Shown here piece after piece: positions 1-10,341 of a DNA stretch of 64,000 nucleotides (positions are counted from its first letter, which is position 1; each line of letters starts with the position of its first letter). Both the position numbers and the translations under genes were made by a program. This DNA is from an uncultured Candidatus Saccharibacteria bacterium (GTDB taxonomy: Bacteria; Patescibacteriota; Minisyncoccia; Phycocordibacterales; JAACPR01). The stretch lies in contig CAZDRR010000001.1 in NCBI GenBank assembly GCA_964507955.1, forward strand, positions 66,650 through 130,649, read 5' to 3'. The notes beneath the pieces were generated by a model that ran no database searches, was not told the DNA's origin, and saw only the letters and a list, made by a program, of their open reading frames with translations.

Positions 1-563
1 AGCGGCGGGATGAGAGAATGATGAATACGTATGACTTCCTTTGTTAAAGGGTTGAAATACCATTTTAATTCTTTCAAGGCTTTTCGAATTTTTGGTTGAG
101 ATTTTCCAGTTAATGTTTTAGAAATTTTTTTCTTTCGATCATCACTAAGAGGTTTCCCAATTAAACCACGGCGAATATTATTTTTCCATTGTTCAGTTCT
201 AATTTCTTTCGACATTCTTTCTCCAACTTTTTTTCTATTTTCTTCATTCCAATAAAGAGCGACTTTAGCTCGACATTCTTTATCCCAAGGCATTCTTCCA
301 CCATCTCCTGTTTCTAATTTTAAATTAGCGAATCGAGGAGAATCAACAATGTTCCAGCGTTTTGAAAAATATAATCCTAACTTTACAATTTCTTCTTTTT
401 TTTGTGTGCGAAGTAAAATTTTAGTTAAAACATTTTCCCCATGAATTTTTAGGTGTCTTTTCCAGTATGTTCCAGATCCTTTATATTTATGAGGATTTTT
501 ATTGGTATATCCTAAATATTTTAATTTAGTTTGTTTATGGGTTTTTAAATATAAAAAATACAT
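1..563 (-). CDS. GIY-YIG homing endonuclease (partial; 3' end lies beyond the window start)
   Basis: The reverse-complement translation starts at the ATG at 563-561. It reads MYFLYLKTHKQTKLKYLGYTNKNPHKYKGSGTYWKRH, which carries the GIY-YIG N-terminal motif. NUMOD3-like repeats of the form GKPLSDDRKKKISKTLTGK follow, and no stop codon occurs before position 1. Confidence 0.65.
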   Translation of the reverse strand, partial: MYFLYLKTHKQTKLKYLGYTNKNPHKYKGSGTYWKRHLKIHGENVLTKILLRTQKKEEIVKLGLYFSKRWNIVDSPRFANLKLETGDGGRMPWDKECRAKVALYWNEENRKKVGERMSKEIRTEQWKNNIRRGLIGKPLSDDRKKKISKTLTGKSQPKIRKALKELKWYFNPLTKEVIRIHHSLIPP

Positions 564-1193
564 TTTATGAAAAAGAAAATAATAGCAACATGTTTAGTTA
601 CACCCTTTTTTATCTCGTCTTGTATGATAAAATCTCAAGAAGAGAATAGGCGTCTTAATATTTATCAACCTTCGATATTGAGACTAGAGAAAGAGGTCCC
701 AATTAATACTTTAGATGGGGTATATACTCCACAAATAGATGAAGTATGGCATTCGGATGCCAGATTTAGAAGACTCGAAAGGGAACTGTATTATGACAAC
801 AAATGAAATTTACTATATTGAATATAGGACCAAAAAAAATGATCCCTTCGCTATTTGGAAACCTACGTTCACTTCTTTTGATGCTGCGCAAAAACAAAGA
901 GATATTTTAATTGCTAGGGGTGTTGATTCTGCGGTAATAAAAAAAGGGCCAATTCCGAAAAAAAGTGTATAATAGAGTATGGACATTCTAAAAATTATCA
1001 CAGACGAGGAACAATTGAAAGCGATTGCGACAACTTGGGTTCCAATTGTAGTATCAGGAGCGTCATTACTTTCTTTAGTTATAAAAACGGCATTTGCTCC
1101 AAAAGAAGGTTCTGCGTTTGCCAAGGTAGTGAAATGGATTGATTTTGTAGCACTTAACCTCAATAAACCAAAAAAATAAAGATTAAATAATCA

Positions 1194-1862
1194 ATGGATT
1201 ATCAAAAAATCTATGATAAAATTATAGAGCGTTCTTTTAATAGAACGCTCTCTTGTTATACAGAAAAACATCATATTCTCCCTAGATGTATGGGAGGAGG
1301 AGATGAAAAAGAAAATATTGCAATTTTAACTGCTAGAGAGCATTATATAGTTCATCAATTACTTGTTAAAATTTATCCAGATAATTTAAAATTAATTTTT
1401 GCATTAAGAATGATGGTAATATCTCCAAATCAAGAAAATAAACGAATTGGTAATAGAGAATACGAATGGTTAAAAAAGAAACATTCGAAAGCCTGTTCAT
1501 TGCGTTCTAAGGGCAAAAATAATCCATTTTATGGAAAAAAACATTCCGCAGAGGCTTTAAGAAAAAATTCAGAATTTCATATTGGACGAAAATATTCCGA
1601 AGAGACGAAAAGAAAATTATCTAAAATTTTTAGTAAAGAAGGTAATCCAAATTTTGGAAAACCAATTTCTTTAGAGCAATTAGCAAAGACATGTAGAAAA
1701 GTTCTTCAAATTAATAAAGATACAGGAGAAATAATTGCTGAATGGCCGAGCCAAGGAAATGCGGCAAGAAATTTAAATTTTGGGCAGGGGATGATTTCAA
1801 ATGTTTGCTTAGGTAAAAGAAAAACATATAAGGGTTTTATATGGAAATTTAAAGAAGAATAA
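1194..1862 (+). CDS. HNH homing endonuclease with NUMOD3-type DNA-binding repeats
   Basis: An HNH motif is present (HHILPRCMGGGDEKENIAILTAREHYIVH). It is followed by repeated G-K-x-x-S/F-x-E-x-K-x-K segments of the NUMOD3 type. Confidence 0.7.
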   Translation: MDYQKIYDKIIERSFNRTLSCYTEKHHILPRCMGGGDEKENIAILTAREHYIVHQLLVKIYPDNLKLIFALRMMVISPNQENKRIGNREYEWLKKKHSKACSLRSKGKNNPFYGKKHSAEALRKNSEFHIGRKYSEETKRKLSKIFSKEGNPNFGKPISLEQLAKTCRKVLQINKDTGEIIAEWPSQGNAARNLNFGQGMISNVCLGKRKTYKGFIWKFKEE

Positions 1863-1929
1863 TTTTTATTCTTTTTTTTCTAAAAGACTCTTATTTTTAG
1901 AATAGAGGTTTTTTGTGTAATTAGAAGAA

Positions 1930-2277
1930 ATGTCGGCAGCAACTTACGATTTCACCATAGAAAAGGGAGTAGATTTCTCTTTAAATATCGTTTTACAAAA
2001 TTCCAGTGGGGATTATGTCGATTTGACAGACACGGGAGTTTGCGTAAAATCCAGCATTGTTGAATTTTATGGTCTTGATCCTATTGTGAATTTCACAATT
2101 GAGGAAAATTTACCAAGTGGAGTTCGTTTGTCATTAACAGAAGCTCAGACTTTATTATTGCCATTTGGAGAATGTTATTACGATGTTGTTTTAAATAATA
2201 ATGGAGCGAGCGAAAGACTGTTACAAGGCACAATTTCTACCTCTGAACAAGCAACATTAAATATTTCATGTCTGTAA
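1930..2277 (+). CDS. hypothetical protein (tail module)
   Basis: A 115 aa ORF lying immediately upstream of, and on the same strand as, the fibre genes. Confidence 0.35.
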   Translation: MSAATYDFTIEKGVDFSLNIVLQNSSGDYVDLTDTGVCVKSSIVEFYGLDPIVNFTIEENLPSGVRLSLTEAQTLLLPFGECYYDVVLNNNGASERLLQGTISTSEQATLNISCL

Positions 2278-4814
2278 TTATTTATCCAGATACAGGTAAT
2301 ACTACAGTATTAGTGAATCCTAATACTGGTTTGAATATTATTGTAGAGAGAGACAATGCAAATTCTTTTAATATCACTGGATTTGTCGGATCATCGCATA
2401 ATGATCTTTTGGGCAAACAAGGAGGAGTAACAGGACAATTTTATCATTTGTCTCAAGAACAATATCTGAGATTAACAACTGGAGAGTTTGTTTCGATAGA
2501 TGAAACTGGACAATTTTATCCAACAACAAATCCTAGTGGATTTATTACTGGAGTAGATTTGTCTTCTTATGCGACAATTAATTTTGTTACAGGAATTAGC
2601 GGAGATTTACAAGGACAGGTTTCCATATTAAATGAGCAAACAGGGGATTATGTTCTAAAATTAGAAACAGGTAATTTTATTACTCAAACAGTTGCAGATA
2701 ATTTATATGTTAATGTAACGGGAAGCGAAACAATTTCTGGAACGAAGTCTTTTGTTAATGATGTCAATGTTCCGAATTTGTTTGCCACAGGAGGAATTTC
2801 TGGAGACTCTTATCAATTAGACACAGGATCATCCCTTACTGCAAATATTGGGCAATTTGTTTGGAACAATACTGATGGCACAGCAGACTTAAAACTTAAA
2901 GGAGGGAATGTTACCCTTCAATTAGGGCAAGAGCAATTAGCTCGCGTTGTTAATGGATCTACTGGAGATTTGTTGGAATCGAATTTTCAAGTGGTTAAAG
3001 TTATCGGAGCGCAGGGGCAGAGATTACAAGTAGATTTAGCAAGAGCGGACAGCGATTTGCATTCAGAATCTACTTTAGGAATTGTTACAGAAAATATAAC
3101 GAAGAACCAAGAAGGTTTTATTACCACATTTGGCGAAGTTCATGATATTAATACTCTTTCTGTAAATGGAGAAACTTGGCATGATGGGGATGTTCTATAT
3201 CTATCGCCAACAGTTTCGGGAAGAATAACTAATGTAGAACCCCAAGCCCCAAATCATAGAGTTGTGGTAGGATTTGTGGAATATGCACATGCCGTTCATG
3301 GAAAAATTTATGTAAAAATAGATAATGGAATTTCTTTAAATGAATTGCATGATGTTCGCGTTTCTAATGTCCAAAATGGACAAATTATTAAATTTAATTC
3401 TGGTAGTGGAATTTGGTTGAATGATACATTATCAACAGGAGATGTTTCTGGTATTTCGAGTTATGCCACAATTGCTTATGCAACAGGTATTTCTGGTTAT
3501 TTAGGTTCTCAAATAGTAGATTTGCAATCTAAAACAGGATCTTATGTTACGGGTTCTGTTATTCGTCCTAGCGATACGGGACAATTTTATGCTTCTAGTA
3601 ATCCTTCTGGATATATTACTGGTATTTCGAATATTGTTTTTACAACAGGAAATCAAACAATTACAGGTGTTAAAAATTTTACAGCCCCACCAACTATTTC
3701 TGGTAATCAAATAGCGACAGTTATTGACCCAGTTAGAACATCTGTTACAGGAGACGGGGTTATTACAAGTTTCAATATTAGCGGAGCTTCGGGATTAGTT
3801 AATCCATCGGCTTTGATCGTTGCTATAGATGGAACTTTGCAAGAACCAGTAGTAGATTATACAGTTAATACAGGCGCTATTACCTTTACTTCTCCCGTTC
3901 CAAGTGGTTCGAAAGCCGTTATCGTATCTCCAATTAACATACTACAGGTTTCGCAAATGATTCCTGCTGATGGAAGCGTTACTACAGCTAAATTGGATAA
4001 TAGTTTAACTGTTCAAAATTTAACAGTTACATCGAGCCTATCATCAACTGGCAATATAGCGGGTAGTGGCACTAATAATACATTACCAAATCAAACGGCG
4101 ACAACCAATTCCTCGATTTTGAATCTTGGATTAGCAGATGCTCGTTATTTTAATAAACTTAGAAATGTAACATATTCATTTTCTACAGGATGGACTTCTG
4201 TTCAAACAACTGGAGGTTCTTCAACAACACTACCATCGCATTTACGAGTAAATGCTGCAACCTCTACAAATGCGGGAGCTTGCACCACATGGACACCAAA
4301 CGGTCGAATGGCGATCGGTGTAAATCCACAACCACCAGTTTTTAATAACTCGGTAATAGATTTTACGAATCCAATAGGTATCAATATAGCGTTTAATACA
4401 GGTAATTTTAATATCCCCGCCAATTTAAATTTTGCATTTTTATTTGGACAAACTGAGACTTTTACGGCTGGATTATCTGCTATGGTAAAAACTGGTAGCA
4501 ATAGTAATATTGGTTGGGTTGGTATTCAGTGTGTAGCTGGTAATGTAACTATAATTGCTGTTAATGGAACAAGTGCTGTGCAACAAAGTTCTGTTATTGA
4601 TACATGTGTTAATGGTAGAAATCAAAAAGCTTATCGTTTAGTTGTAAGCGGTGGTCGAGTTGATGCATATAACAGTAGCGGAACTTTATTAGGATCATTA
4701 TTATCAGGCGCACCAACTACCAATAAAGATTATTGGGAAGCTATTCTTGTAGAAGCTAATTCGGCAGTAAATCAAATAGGAATCAACGTTCAACATCTCT
4801 CTTTAGATTGGTAA
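2268..4814 (+). CDS. tail fibre protein (long)
   Basis: An 848 aa ORF rich in S/T/G/N with recurring short motifs (e.g. FITGVDLSSYATINFVTGISGDL) that are typical of phage fibre shafts. The start overlaps the stop of the upstream gene. Confidence 0.55.
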   Translation: MSVIIYPDTGNTTVLVNPNTGLNIIVERDNANSFNITGFVGSSHNDLLGKQGGVTGQFYHLSQEQYLRLTTGEFVSIDETGQFYPTTNPSGFITGVDLSSYATINFVTGISGDLQGQVSILNEQTGDYVLKLETGNFITQTVADNLYVNVTGSETISGTKSFVNDVNVPNLFATGGISGDSYQLDTGSSLTANIGQFVWNNTDGTADLKLKGGNVTLQLGQEQLARVVNGSTGDLLESNFQVVKVIGAQGQRLQVDLARADSDLHSESTLGIVTENITKNQEGFITTFGEVHDINTLSVNGETWHDGDVLYLSPTVSGRITNVEPQAPNHRVVVGFVEYAHAVHGKIYVKIDNGISLNELHDVRVSNVQNGQIIKFNSGSGIWLNDTLSTGDVSGISSYATIAYATGISGYLGSQIVDLQSKTGSYVTGSVIRPSDTGQFYASSNPSGYITGISNIVFTTGNQTITGVKNFTAPPTISGNQIATVIDPVRTSVTGDGVITSFNISGASGLVNPSALIVAIDGTLQEPVVDYTVNTGAITFTSPVPSGSKAVIVSPINILQVSQMIPADGSVTTAKLDNSLTVQNLTVTSSLSSTGNIAGSGTNNTLPNQTATTNSSILNLGLADARYFNKLRNVTYSFSTGWTSVQTTGGSSTTLPSHLRVNAATSTNAGACTTWTPNGRMAIGVNPQPPVFNNSVIDFTNPIGINIAFNTGNFNIPANLNFAFLFGQTETFTAGLSAMVKTGSNSNIGWVGIQCVAGNVTIIAVNGTSAVQQSSVIDTCVNGRNQKAYRLVVSGGRVDAYNSSGTLLGSLLSGAPTTNKDYWEAILVEANSAVNQIGINVQHLSLDW

Positions 4815-4817
4815 AAT

Positions 4818-6227
4818 ATGGCAACAACGAAAATTTCATCAAATGTATTAGCGAGTGGAGCAGCATTAACAAATCTTAATGCTGGGTCATCCATTGCGTT
4901 TACAAAAAGCACATCTGTATCAGGCTCTTTAACGGTTGATACAACGACATTATTTGTCGATAATGTAAATCATAGAGTTGGTATTGGAACAACAGCACCA
5001 ACAGCAACTCTGCATGTTGTTGGAACTGGACTAGTTACTGGTGCATTACAAGTTGGAACCAATGCTGGTGCTAATACGTTTACTCTTAGAGATGCAATCT
5101 TTAGCAAGACAATAGGACAGCCCATGACTTTAAATACTGGGTTGCAAACAGATGGAACAACAGGTGTTGCTGCTGGTTGGACAGTTAGGGATACTACAAA
5201 CGGTATGTGGTCGCCCGCTCTTAGTTCTTTGGCATTCTCTACAGCTTCGGTTGAAAGATTGCGAATAAATTCTGTTGGTAACGTTGGTATTGGAACAATA
5301 ACACCAAATGAAAAGCTTACAGTTGTTGGAAATGTTAGTGCGACAGGGACAGTTACAGGAACGAATCTAGTCTATACCACAACCGATCAAACAGTTGCGG
5401 GCATTAAAACATTTTCAAACAACATTGTTGGGAATGGCACAAATAATACATTACCGAACCAAACAGCGACAACTGACGATGCTATTTTAACTCGTAGTTT
5501 AGAATTAAGCAACTCAATCAACTATGCATGGAGTAATATTGCAATTATTGGCGGTGGTGAATTTCCATCAACCGCATTAATGTCGCAAAATACTTATTAC
5601 ATTGCTGGATCATTAAACTTTTCAGCGGGAGCATTGTCTGGTTATGGTCAATATCTCGCTGTAGTTGATTCTCAAATATATTATCCATTAGGATCTGGCG
5701 CAGCCAATAGATTTGATCAACCATTTACTATTTGTTTTGAATATGATTCAAACTTAGGGACAGGTGTAGGGGTTCCTGTAGATAATTGGTTTATACATGG
5801 ACTAGATTATAATGTATTGAATATTCCTACATTATCAGGATCAAAATGTTTAGCTGTTAAAATTTCTCATACAAATAATACCATCGAGGCTATGATTTGT
5901 GCTGCGGGAGCATCATCAGCCACTTCTGGCGCAATTACATTACCGACAAATTTCATCACAAATCAATCTAAAAGGAAGATATGTATTTCGTGGACAGGAA
6001 CAACAATGAATGTTTATATTTGCTATGCTAATGCATCATCTTTTAACCCAACAACATTTTCTTTAATAGCGTCAGTGACGGCGGCGGGTGCATTGCCCAC
6101 AGCTATGACCCATTATAGGACATATTTTCTTTCATATTTAAATGCAGATTGGCCATATGGATATATTGGCGTAAGCCAAATTGCCGATATAAAATTTATT
6201 AGAAAAGCCGTTTCTCCAATTCTTTAA
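4818..6227 (+). CDS. tail fibre protein (distal part or second fibre)
   Basis: A 469 aa ORF of similar composition to the preceding gene. It shares a near-identical 39-nt segment (encoding GNGTNNTLPNQTATT) with the upstream fibre gene. Confidence 0.5.
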   Translation: MATTKISSNVLASGAALTNLNAGSSIAFTKSTSVSGSLTVDTTTLFVDNVNHRVGIGTTAPTATLHVVGTGLVTGALQVGTNAGANTFTLRDAIFSKTIGQPMTLNTGLQTDGTTGVAAGWTVRDTTNGMWSPALSSLAFSTASVERLRINSVGNVGIGTITPNEKLTVVGNVSATGTVTGTNLVYTTTDQTVAGIKTFSNNIVGNGTNNTLPNQTATTDDAILTRSLELSNSINYAWSNIAIIGGGEFPSTALMSQNTYYIAGSLNFSAGALSGYGQYLAVVDSQIYYPLGSGAANRFDQPFTICFEYDSNLGTGVGVPVDNWFIHGLDYNVLNIPTLSGSKCLAVKISHTNNTIEAMICAAGASSATSGAITLPTNFITNQSKRKICISWTGTTMNVYICYANASSFNPTTFSLIASVTAAGALPTAMTHYRTYFLSYLNADWPYGYIGVSQIADIKFIRKAVSPIL

Positions 6228-6230
6228 TTT

Positions 6231-6614
6231 ATGCAACTATTAACTAAAACACAAACAGAACTCGATATAGAAAATATCGAACACGCAACATCAACATTTG
6301 TAAATTCTTTAAATGCCGCAATCTTTACACTTAATTTGTGTTATGATTCATTATGGAAATTACCAGATGATCGTCTAATAAATGTATTACAAAAATTATA
6401 TGATTTAGGTAAACTACAAGAGTTATTCGAAGATCATTATATTAGTGCTACTGGACTTAATCTTATTCAAGAAAAGGCTGGATATACTGGTCAATCTGCA
6501 TATGCGGTTGCGGGTAGGGAATTTGAAATTGTTGATGGAGTAATTTCGTTGGTATATCCACCAGAACCAGAAATTATTGCGGAGCCAGAAGCATTATTAG
6601 AACAACAAGTGTAA
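6231..6614 (+). CDS. hypothetical protein, possible fibre assembly/chaperone
   Basis: A 127 aa acidic ORF lying between two fibre genes. The assignment is by position only. Confidence 0.25.
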   Translation: MQLLTKTQTELDIENIEHATSTFVNSLNAAIFTLNLCYDSLWKLPDDRLINVLQKLYDLGKLQELFEDHYISATGLNLIQEKAGYTGQSAYAVAGREFEIVDGVISLVYPPEPEIIAEPEALLEQQV

Positions 6615-6627
6615 TTTCTATAGAATT

Positions 6628-8247
6628 ATGGCATCTTCATTCCAATTAACTCAAACTGCGGCAATTATTGATCAAACTTTAGTCACTGGATATAATTTGC
6701 TTATCGCGGGAGGAAATTCTTCCATAGGAACGAGTTCCGCTGCATTAGGAGGTTATGGCAATACTACACAAGGATCGCAAAGCGTTATTGCGGGTGGGGT
6801 GGGCAATATTACTATAGGAGCCACATCTTTTATTGGAGGGGGAGCGGGAAATCAAACCAATGATTCCGCAGAAGTTATTGGAGGAGGAGAAGGTAATAAT
6901 ATTTATGGAGCTTATTCTGTAATTGCGGGCGGATTAAATAATTATATTAGTGGCAATAATGCTTTTGTTGGTGGAGGAGAAAATAATAATTTAACAGATC
7001 CATTATCTATTGGATATTCTATTTTACTTGGAGGATATCAAAATAATTTAACTGGAGGATGTTCCACATTAAATGGAGGGTCATTTAATAATATTAATGG
7101 TAGAAATTCTGTTCTTGTTGGAGGGGGAGGAAATATCGTTAGTGGGACATATAGTTCTTTAATTGGAGGTGCAGGAAATCAAGTTTACGAATCCAGTATT
7201 GTTCTAGGAGGCGGCAGTTATAATTACGCGAGTGGAGACAATAATGTTCTTGTCGGAGGATCAGACAATATTACAAAAGGCACATATAATTTTGTTGGAG
7301 GAGGTAATTTTAATCATAATAGCGGTAGTTATAGCAATATAATTGGTGGACAATATCTTGTTATTACAAATGCTTCGTCAAATTCGTCTATTATTGGAGG
7401 CAAATATAATACTGGCAGTGCTGGTTACGGATTTATTGGAGGGGGTTCTCACAATTTAAATTCTGGCGCATCTTCTGTTATTGTTGGAGGATATAAAAAT
7501 ACCGCAAAGAATTTTGCTTATCAATTTATTGGTGGTGGAGCTAATAATATCGTTAGCGGAAATAATGCTTTTATTGGAGCAGGTAATTTAAATGAAGCTT
7601 CGGGCAGTTATTCTGCGGTTGTAGGTGGAGACCAAAATTTAGCTCATGGCTCTTATGCCTTTATTGGAGGAGGGGCAAGTAACCTTATTACTGGCACAAA
7701 AGGAGCAATTGTCGGTGGAGCATTAAATACCGTTGGCACAAGTTCGATTGTCGCTGGAGGAGAAAGTAATACTGCGGGAAGTTCTTTTAATTCTGTTTTA
7801 GGAGGATATTCCAATACAGCAACGGGAAAATCTTATATTACTATAGGAGGAGGATTTTCTAATGCGGCCACAGGTTCTTATTCAACAATTGTTGGAGGTC
7901 GAGAAAATCTAGCTTTGGCAGATTATTCTTTTGTTGGAGGAGGTTATAAAAATTACGCATCGGGTTCTTATGGAACTATTGTCGGAGGATTCCAATGTCA
8001 AATTCCATCGACAGACGTTGGTGCGGGCGTTTGGGGGGATTCTCAATCAAGAACTCATGTTTCTAAAGGTAGTTATACATTATCTCTGGACTTTGCAAGC
8101 GGAGTTTATATTAGACTTCCTCAATTTACAGGCGCATCCAATCAAGCGGGCAATTTCGGAGAATTAAGGGTTAGTGGTTCTGGATTGTATATTTGCACAG
8201 GCACGGCTGGATCAGGTTGGGGTAGAATTTTCATCTCTTCCTTTTAA
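6628..8247 (+). CDS. fibre/adhesin with Gly-rich beta-roll-like repeats (YadA-head-like)
   Basis: A 539 aa ORF built from many approximately 14-aa repeats of the form SxxIxGGxxNxxxG (e.g. SVIAGGVGNITIGATSFIGGGAGNQ). Confidence 0.5.
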   Translation: MASSFQLTQTAAIIDQTLVTGYNLLIAGGNSSIGTSSAALGGYGNTTQGSQSVIAGGVGNITIGATSFIGGGAGNQTNDSAEVIGGGEGNNIYGAYSVIAGGLNNYISGNNAFVGGGENNNLTDPLSIGYSILLGGYQNNLTGGCSTLNGGSFNNINGRNSVLVGGGGNIVSGTYSSLIGGAGNQVYESSIVLGGGSYNYASGDNNVLVGGSDNITKGTYNFVGGGNFNHNSGSYSNIIGGQYLVITNASSNSSIIGGKYNTGSAGYGFIGGGSHNLNSGASSVIVGGYKNTAKNFAYQFIGGGANNIVSGNNAFIGAGNLNEASGSYSAVVGGDQNLAHGSYAFIGGGASNLITGTKGAIVGGALNTVGTSSIVAGGESNTAGSSFNSVLGGYSNTATGKSYITIGGGFSNAATGSYSTIVGGRENLALADYSFVGGGYKNYASGSYGTIVGGFQCQIPSTDVGAGVWGDSQSRTHVSKGSYTLSLDFASGVYIRLPQFTGASNQAGNFGELRVSGSGLYICTGTAGSGWGRIFISSF

Positions 8248-8255
8248 TATAAGTA

Positions 8256-9338
8256 ATGGGCAATACCGCTAGTTCTGGAAACGCCGATCTTAGTGCGTTT
8301 TACTATCCTAATTTGGGCATTCAAGTTCCAAATGCAATTCCTTTTTATCCTATTGTTACAGGATATGGAGAAGATGCTAGAGTCAAATTCAATCAAGGAT
8401 ACATTATTAATTTCCAAGATATTGATGGTGACGGATTGGCAAAAATTCCCGTGGATAATGTTGGCAAAGAATGGGAGGTTCTTGATAAGAAATTTTTTAT
8501 TAAAATTAAAACAAACGAACAAAGTTCTGCGATTCAAACCGCAGAAATTTTAGATAAAGCGGACGAACAATTTGGGCAAGATTTCCATTATTCAAGTTTA
8601 GTAGAAGAAGCAGACGGAGCTTATACAAAAGCAAAAGGAATTTTCATGGTTCCTTTATGTGAATTTGATGATAAAGGTGGATTGAAACACCTTTATTTAA
8701 GAGATAATATTTTATGGCAAAAAACCAATTATTCTTGCGGAGATGGAAGCGGCTATGGTTTGGTTTATTCTTGGGGAGATTCTCCCGATGTATTCGGTTC
8801 AAATCCGTTGGTAAGATTTCGTAAAATAGCGGCAAGGGAACCGTTACATATAGAAGTTAAAGAGGATGGGAAAACTTTAGAGATTTATTTAGATCCGCAA
8901 ACAGGAACGGGGAGTAGCACGGGATCGTCGCATTCTGGAGAGACAGGGAAAACCGCAATTGTTCCATTTAGAGATGAATTTATTGGATGGGAAAGCATGG
9001 AAGCGCCTGAGCCATGGTTTTTTGATATTGTAGAGGTTGAAATTTTAGGCGCGGAGACAATTGTTGAACTAAGTGCCGAAACAGTAGAATCTTGCGAAGA
9101 AGGGTCGTTACAAGTGATTTCCATTCAAGGAACAGATAGACCAATCAAAGCCACAGCATCTATTAACGGAACAGAATTAAAAATTCGTAGCCATAATTTC
9201 TTTTTTAATCCCAAAAAAGCAACTGTATTTTTATATGGTGTTCGCAAAGGATTTAGTGGTCGCCATAAACGCTATACGCAGGAACAATATTTGGCAAATA
9301 ACGCATTTTATGGAAAAGCCCACGAAAATTGTTTTTAA
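8256..9338 (+). CDS. hypothetical protein (virion-associated?)
   Basis: A 360 aa ORF on the same strand as, and directly after, the fibre genes. Confidence 0.35.
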   Translation: MGNTASSGNADLSAFYYPNLGIQVPNAIPFYPIVTGYGEDARVKFNQGYIINFQDIDGDGLAKIPVDNVGKEWEVLDKKFFIKIKTNEQSSAIQTAEILDKADEQFGQDFHYSSLVEEADGAYTKAKGIFMVPLCEFDDKGGLKHLYLRDNILWQKTNYSCGDGSGYGLVYSWGDSPDVFGSNPLVRFRKIAAREPLHIEVKEDGKTLEIYLDPQTGTGSSTGSSHSGETGKTAIVPFRDEFIGWESMEAPEPWFFDIVEVEILGAETIVELSAETVESCEEGSLQVISIQGTDRPIKATASINGTELKIRSHNFFFNPKKATVFLYGVRKGFSGRHKRYTQEQYLANNAFYGKAHENCF

Positions 9339-10065
9339 TATTTGGACATATAAAAACGATGAGGAAAAAGTTTTTTGGTGCGTGAAATCCATTCAAAAAT
9401 TTTTGTCTCCATATATTGCTGGCATATACATATGGGATGATGGATTGAATCCAATGTCTCTAAAAAATACAGAGAGATTAAGAAAAATTGGTTGTATCGT
9501 TAACCAAACATTCTATAAAAGAAATGGTAATTTAATAGGTCAAGAATGCATTTTGGGCATGATTGAAAATTACATTCAGGCCGTAAGGGAGACAAATGCT
9601 GATTTTTTTGCAAAAATTGATCCTGATGTTTTGGTAATTAGCAAAAATTTATCACAATTTTTGAAAGATTACCCTGCTATTTTTGCGCAAACAAAAGAAG
9701 GATATTTTTATGGTAATCTGTATATAATAAGTAAACAGTCGTTAACTTTTTTGAAAACATTAATAGAGCATCCAGAAAAATTACAAGAAATTCCTAAACA
9801 TAGAAATTTTTCCAAAGATCCAATAGATACTAGGGTTTATTTGGCATACGAAGATTATTTTTTTGGCATTGCCGCAAAAAGAGTATTTAAAGACGCAATT
9901 AAAAAATATTATTTTAGAGAATATTGGGTGCATCCATTTCCTCCATTTTGGGATATGATGAAAGATTTAGCGCAGACAAATTTGGTTTGCAATTTTGGAG
10001 TTTTACATTCGCCTCATGAAGAAACTGCTGAGAAAATGAAGGCGATGTTAAGATACCTTGCGTAA
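9235..10065 (+). CDS. hypothetical protein (start uncertain)
   Basis: An ORF of up to 276 aa. The first ATG overlaps the upstream gene in a different frame, so the true start is probably further downstream. Confidence 0.3.
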   Translation: MVFAKDLVVAINAIRRNNIWQITHFMEKPTKIVFNIWTYKNDEEKVFWCVKSIQKFLSPYIAGIYIWDDGLNPMSLKNTERLRKIGCIVNQTFYKRNGNLIGQECILGMIENYIQAVRETNADFFAKIDPDVLVISKNLSQFLKDYPAIFAQTKEGYFYGNLYIISKQSLTFLKTLIEHPEKLQEIPKHRNFSKDPIDTRVYLAYEDYFFGIAAKRVFKDAIKKYYFREYWVHPFPPFWDMMKDLAQTNLVCNFGVLHSPHEETAEKMKAMLRYLA

Positions 10066-10311
10066 AGTTACAAGGACGGTAAACAAAGAACCTTGTTTGA
10101 TGTATTTGATGGATTCAATAACGTAACCATCAGGTTTTCTATACGAAAATCGAGTCATTGCATCCTCGTAAGAATAAGGGCTTGAAGCGGATAGTCTTAG
10201 AGTTGGGCTTTTAACTGTAAATTTGGCTTTTTCTGGCATTTTTTCCTTGGGAAACGCCATTGGAGCAAATAAACTTGTTAATAAGCAGAGTAAGAGTAAT
10301 TTTGTTTTCAT
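10048..10311 (-). CDS. small secreted protein with signal peptide (lysis-associated?)
   Basis: An 87 aa ORF with a hydrophobic N-terminus (MKTKLLLLCLLTSLFAPMAF). It lies immediately downstream of the endolysin on the same strand. Confidence 0.35.
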   Translation of the reverse strand: MKTKLLLLCLLTSLFAPMAFPKEKMPEKAKFTVKSPTLRLSASSPYSYEDAMTRFSYRKPDGYVIESIKYIKQGSLFTVLVTLRKVS

Positions 10312-10341
10312 AAAAACACTCTACCCTTTTTTATCAGAATG

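Noticed and set aside
3501-4501. ORFs 3501..3710(-) and 4202..4501(-) inside the long fibre gene
   Set aside because: They are antisense to a far longer, well-supported + strand ORF. Low-complexity R/N/S-rich translations are typical of spurious frames.
2268-8247. Diversity-generating retroelement acting on the fibre genes
   Set aside because: No reverse transcriptase gene is present. No template/variable repeat pair with adenine-specific mismatches was seen. The one shared segment is between adjacent genes and near-identical.
8244-9124. ORFs 8244..8537(-), 8293..8553(+), 8644..8835(-) and 8885..9124(-)
   Set aside because: All overlap the 360-aa + strand ORF 8256..9338, which is co-oriented with the flanking fibre genes. 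They are short and compositionally odd.
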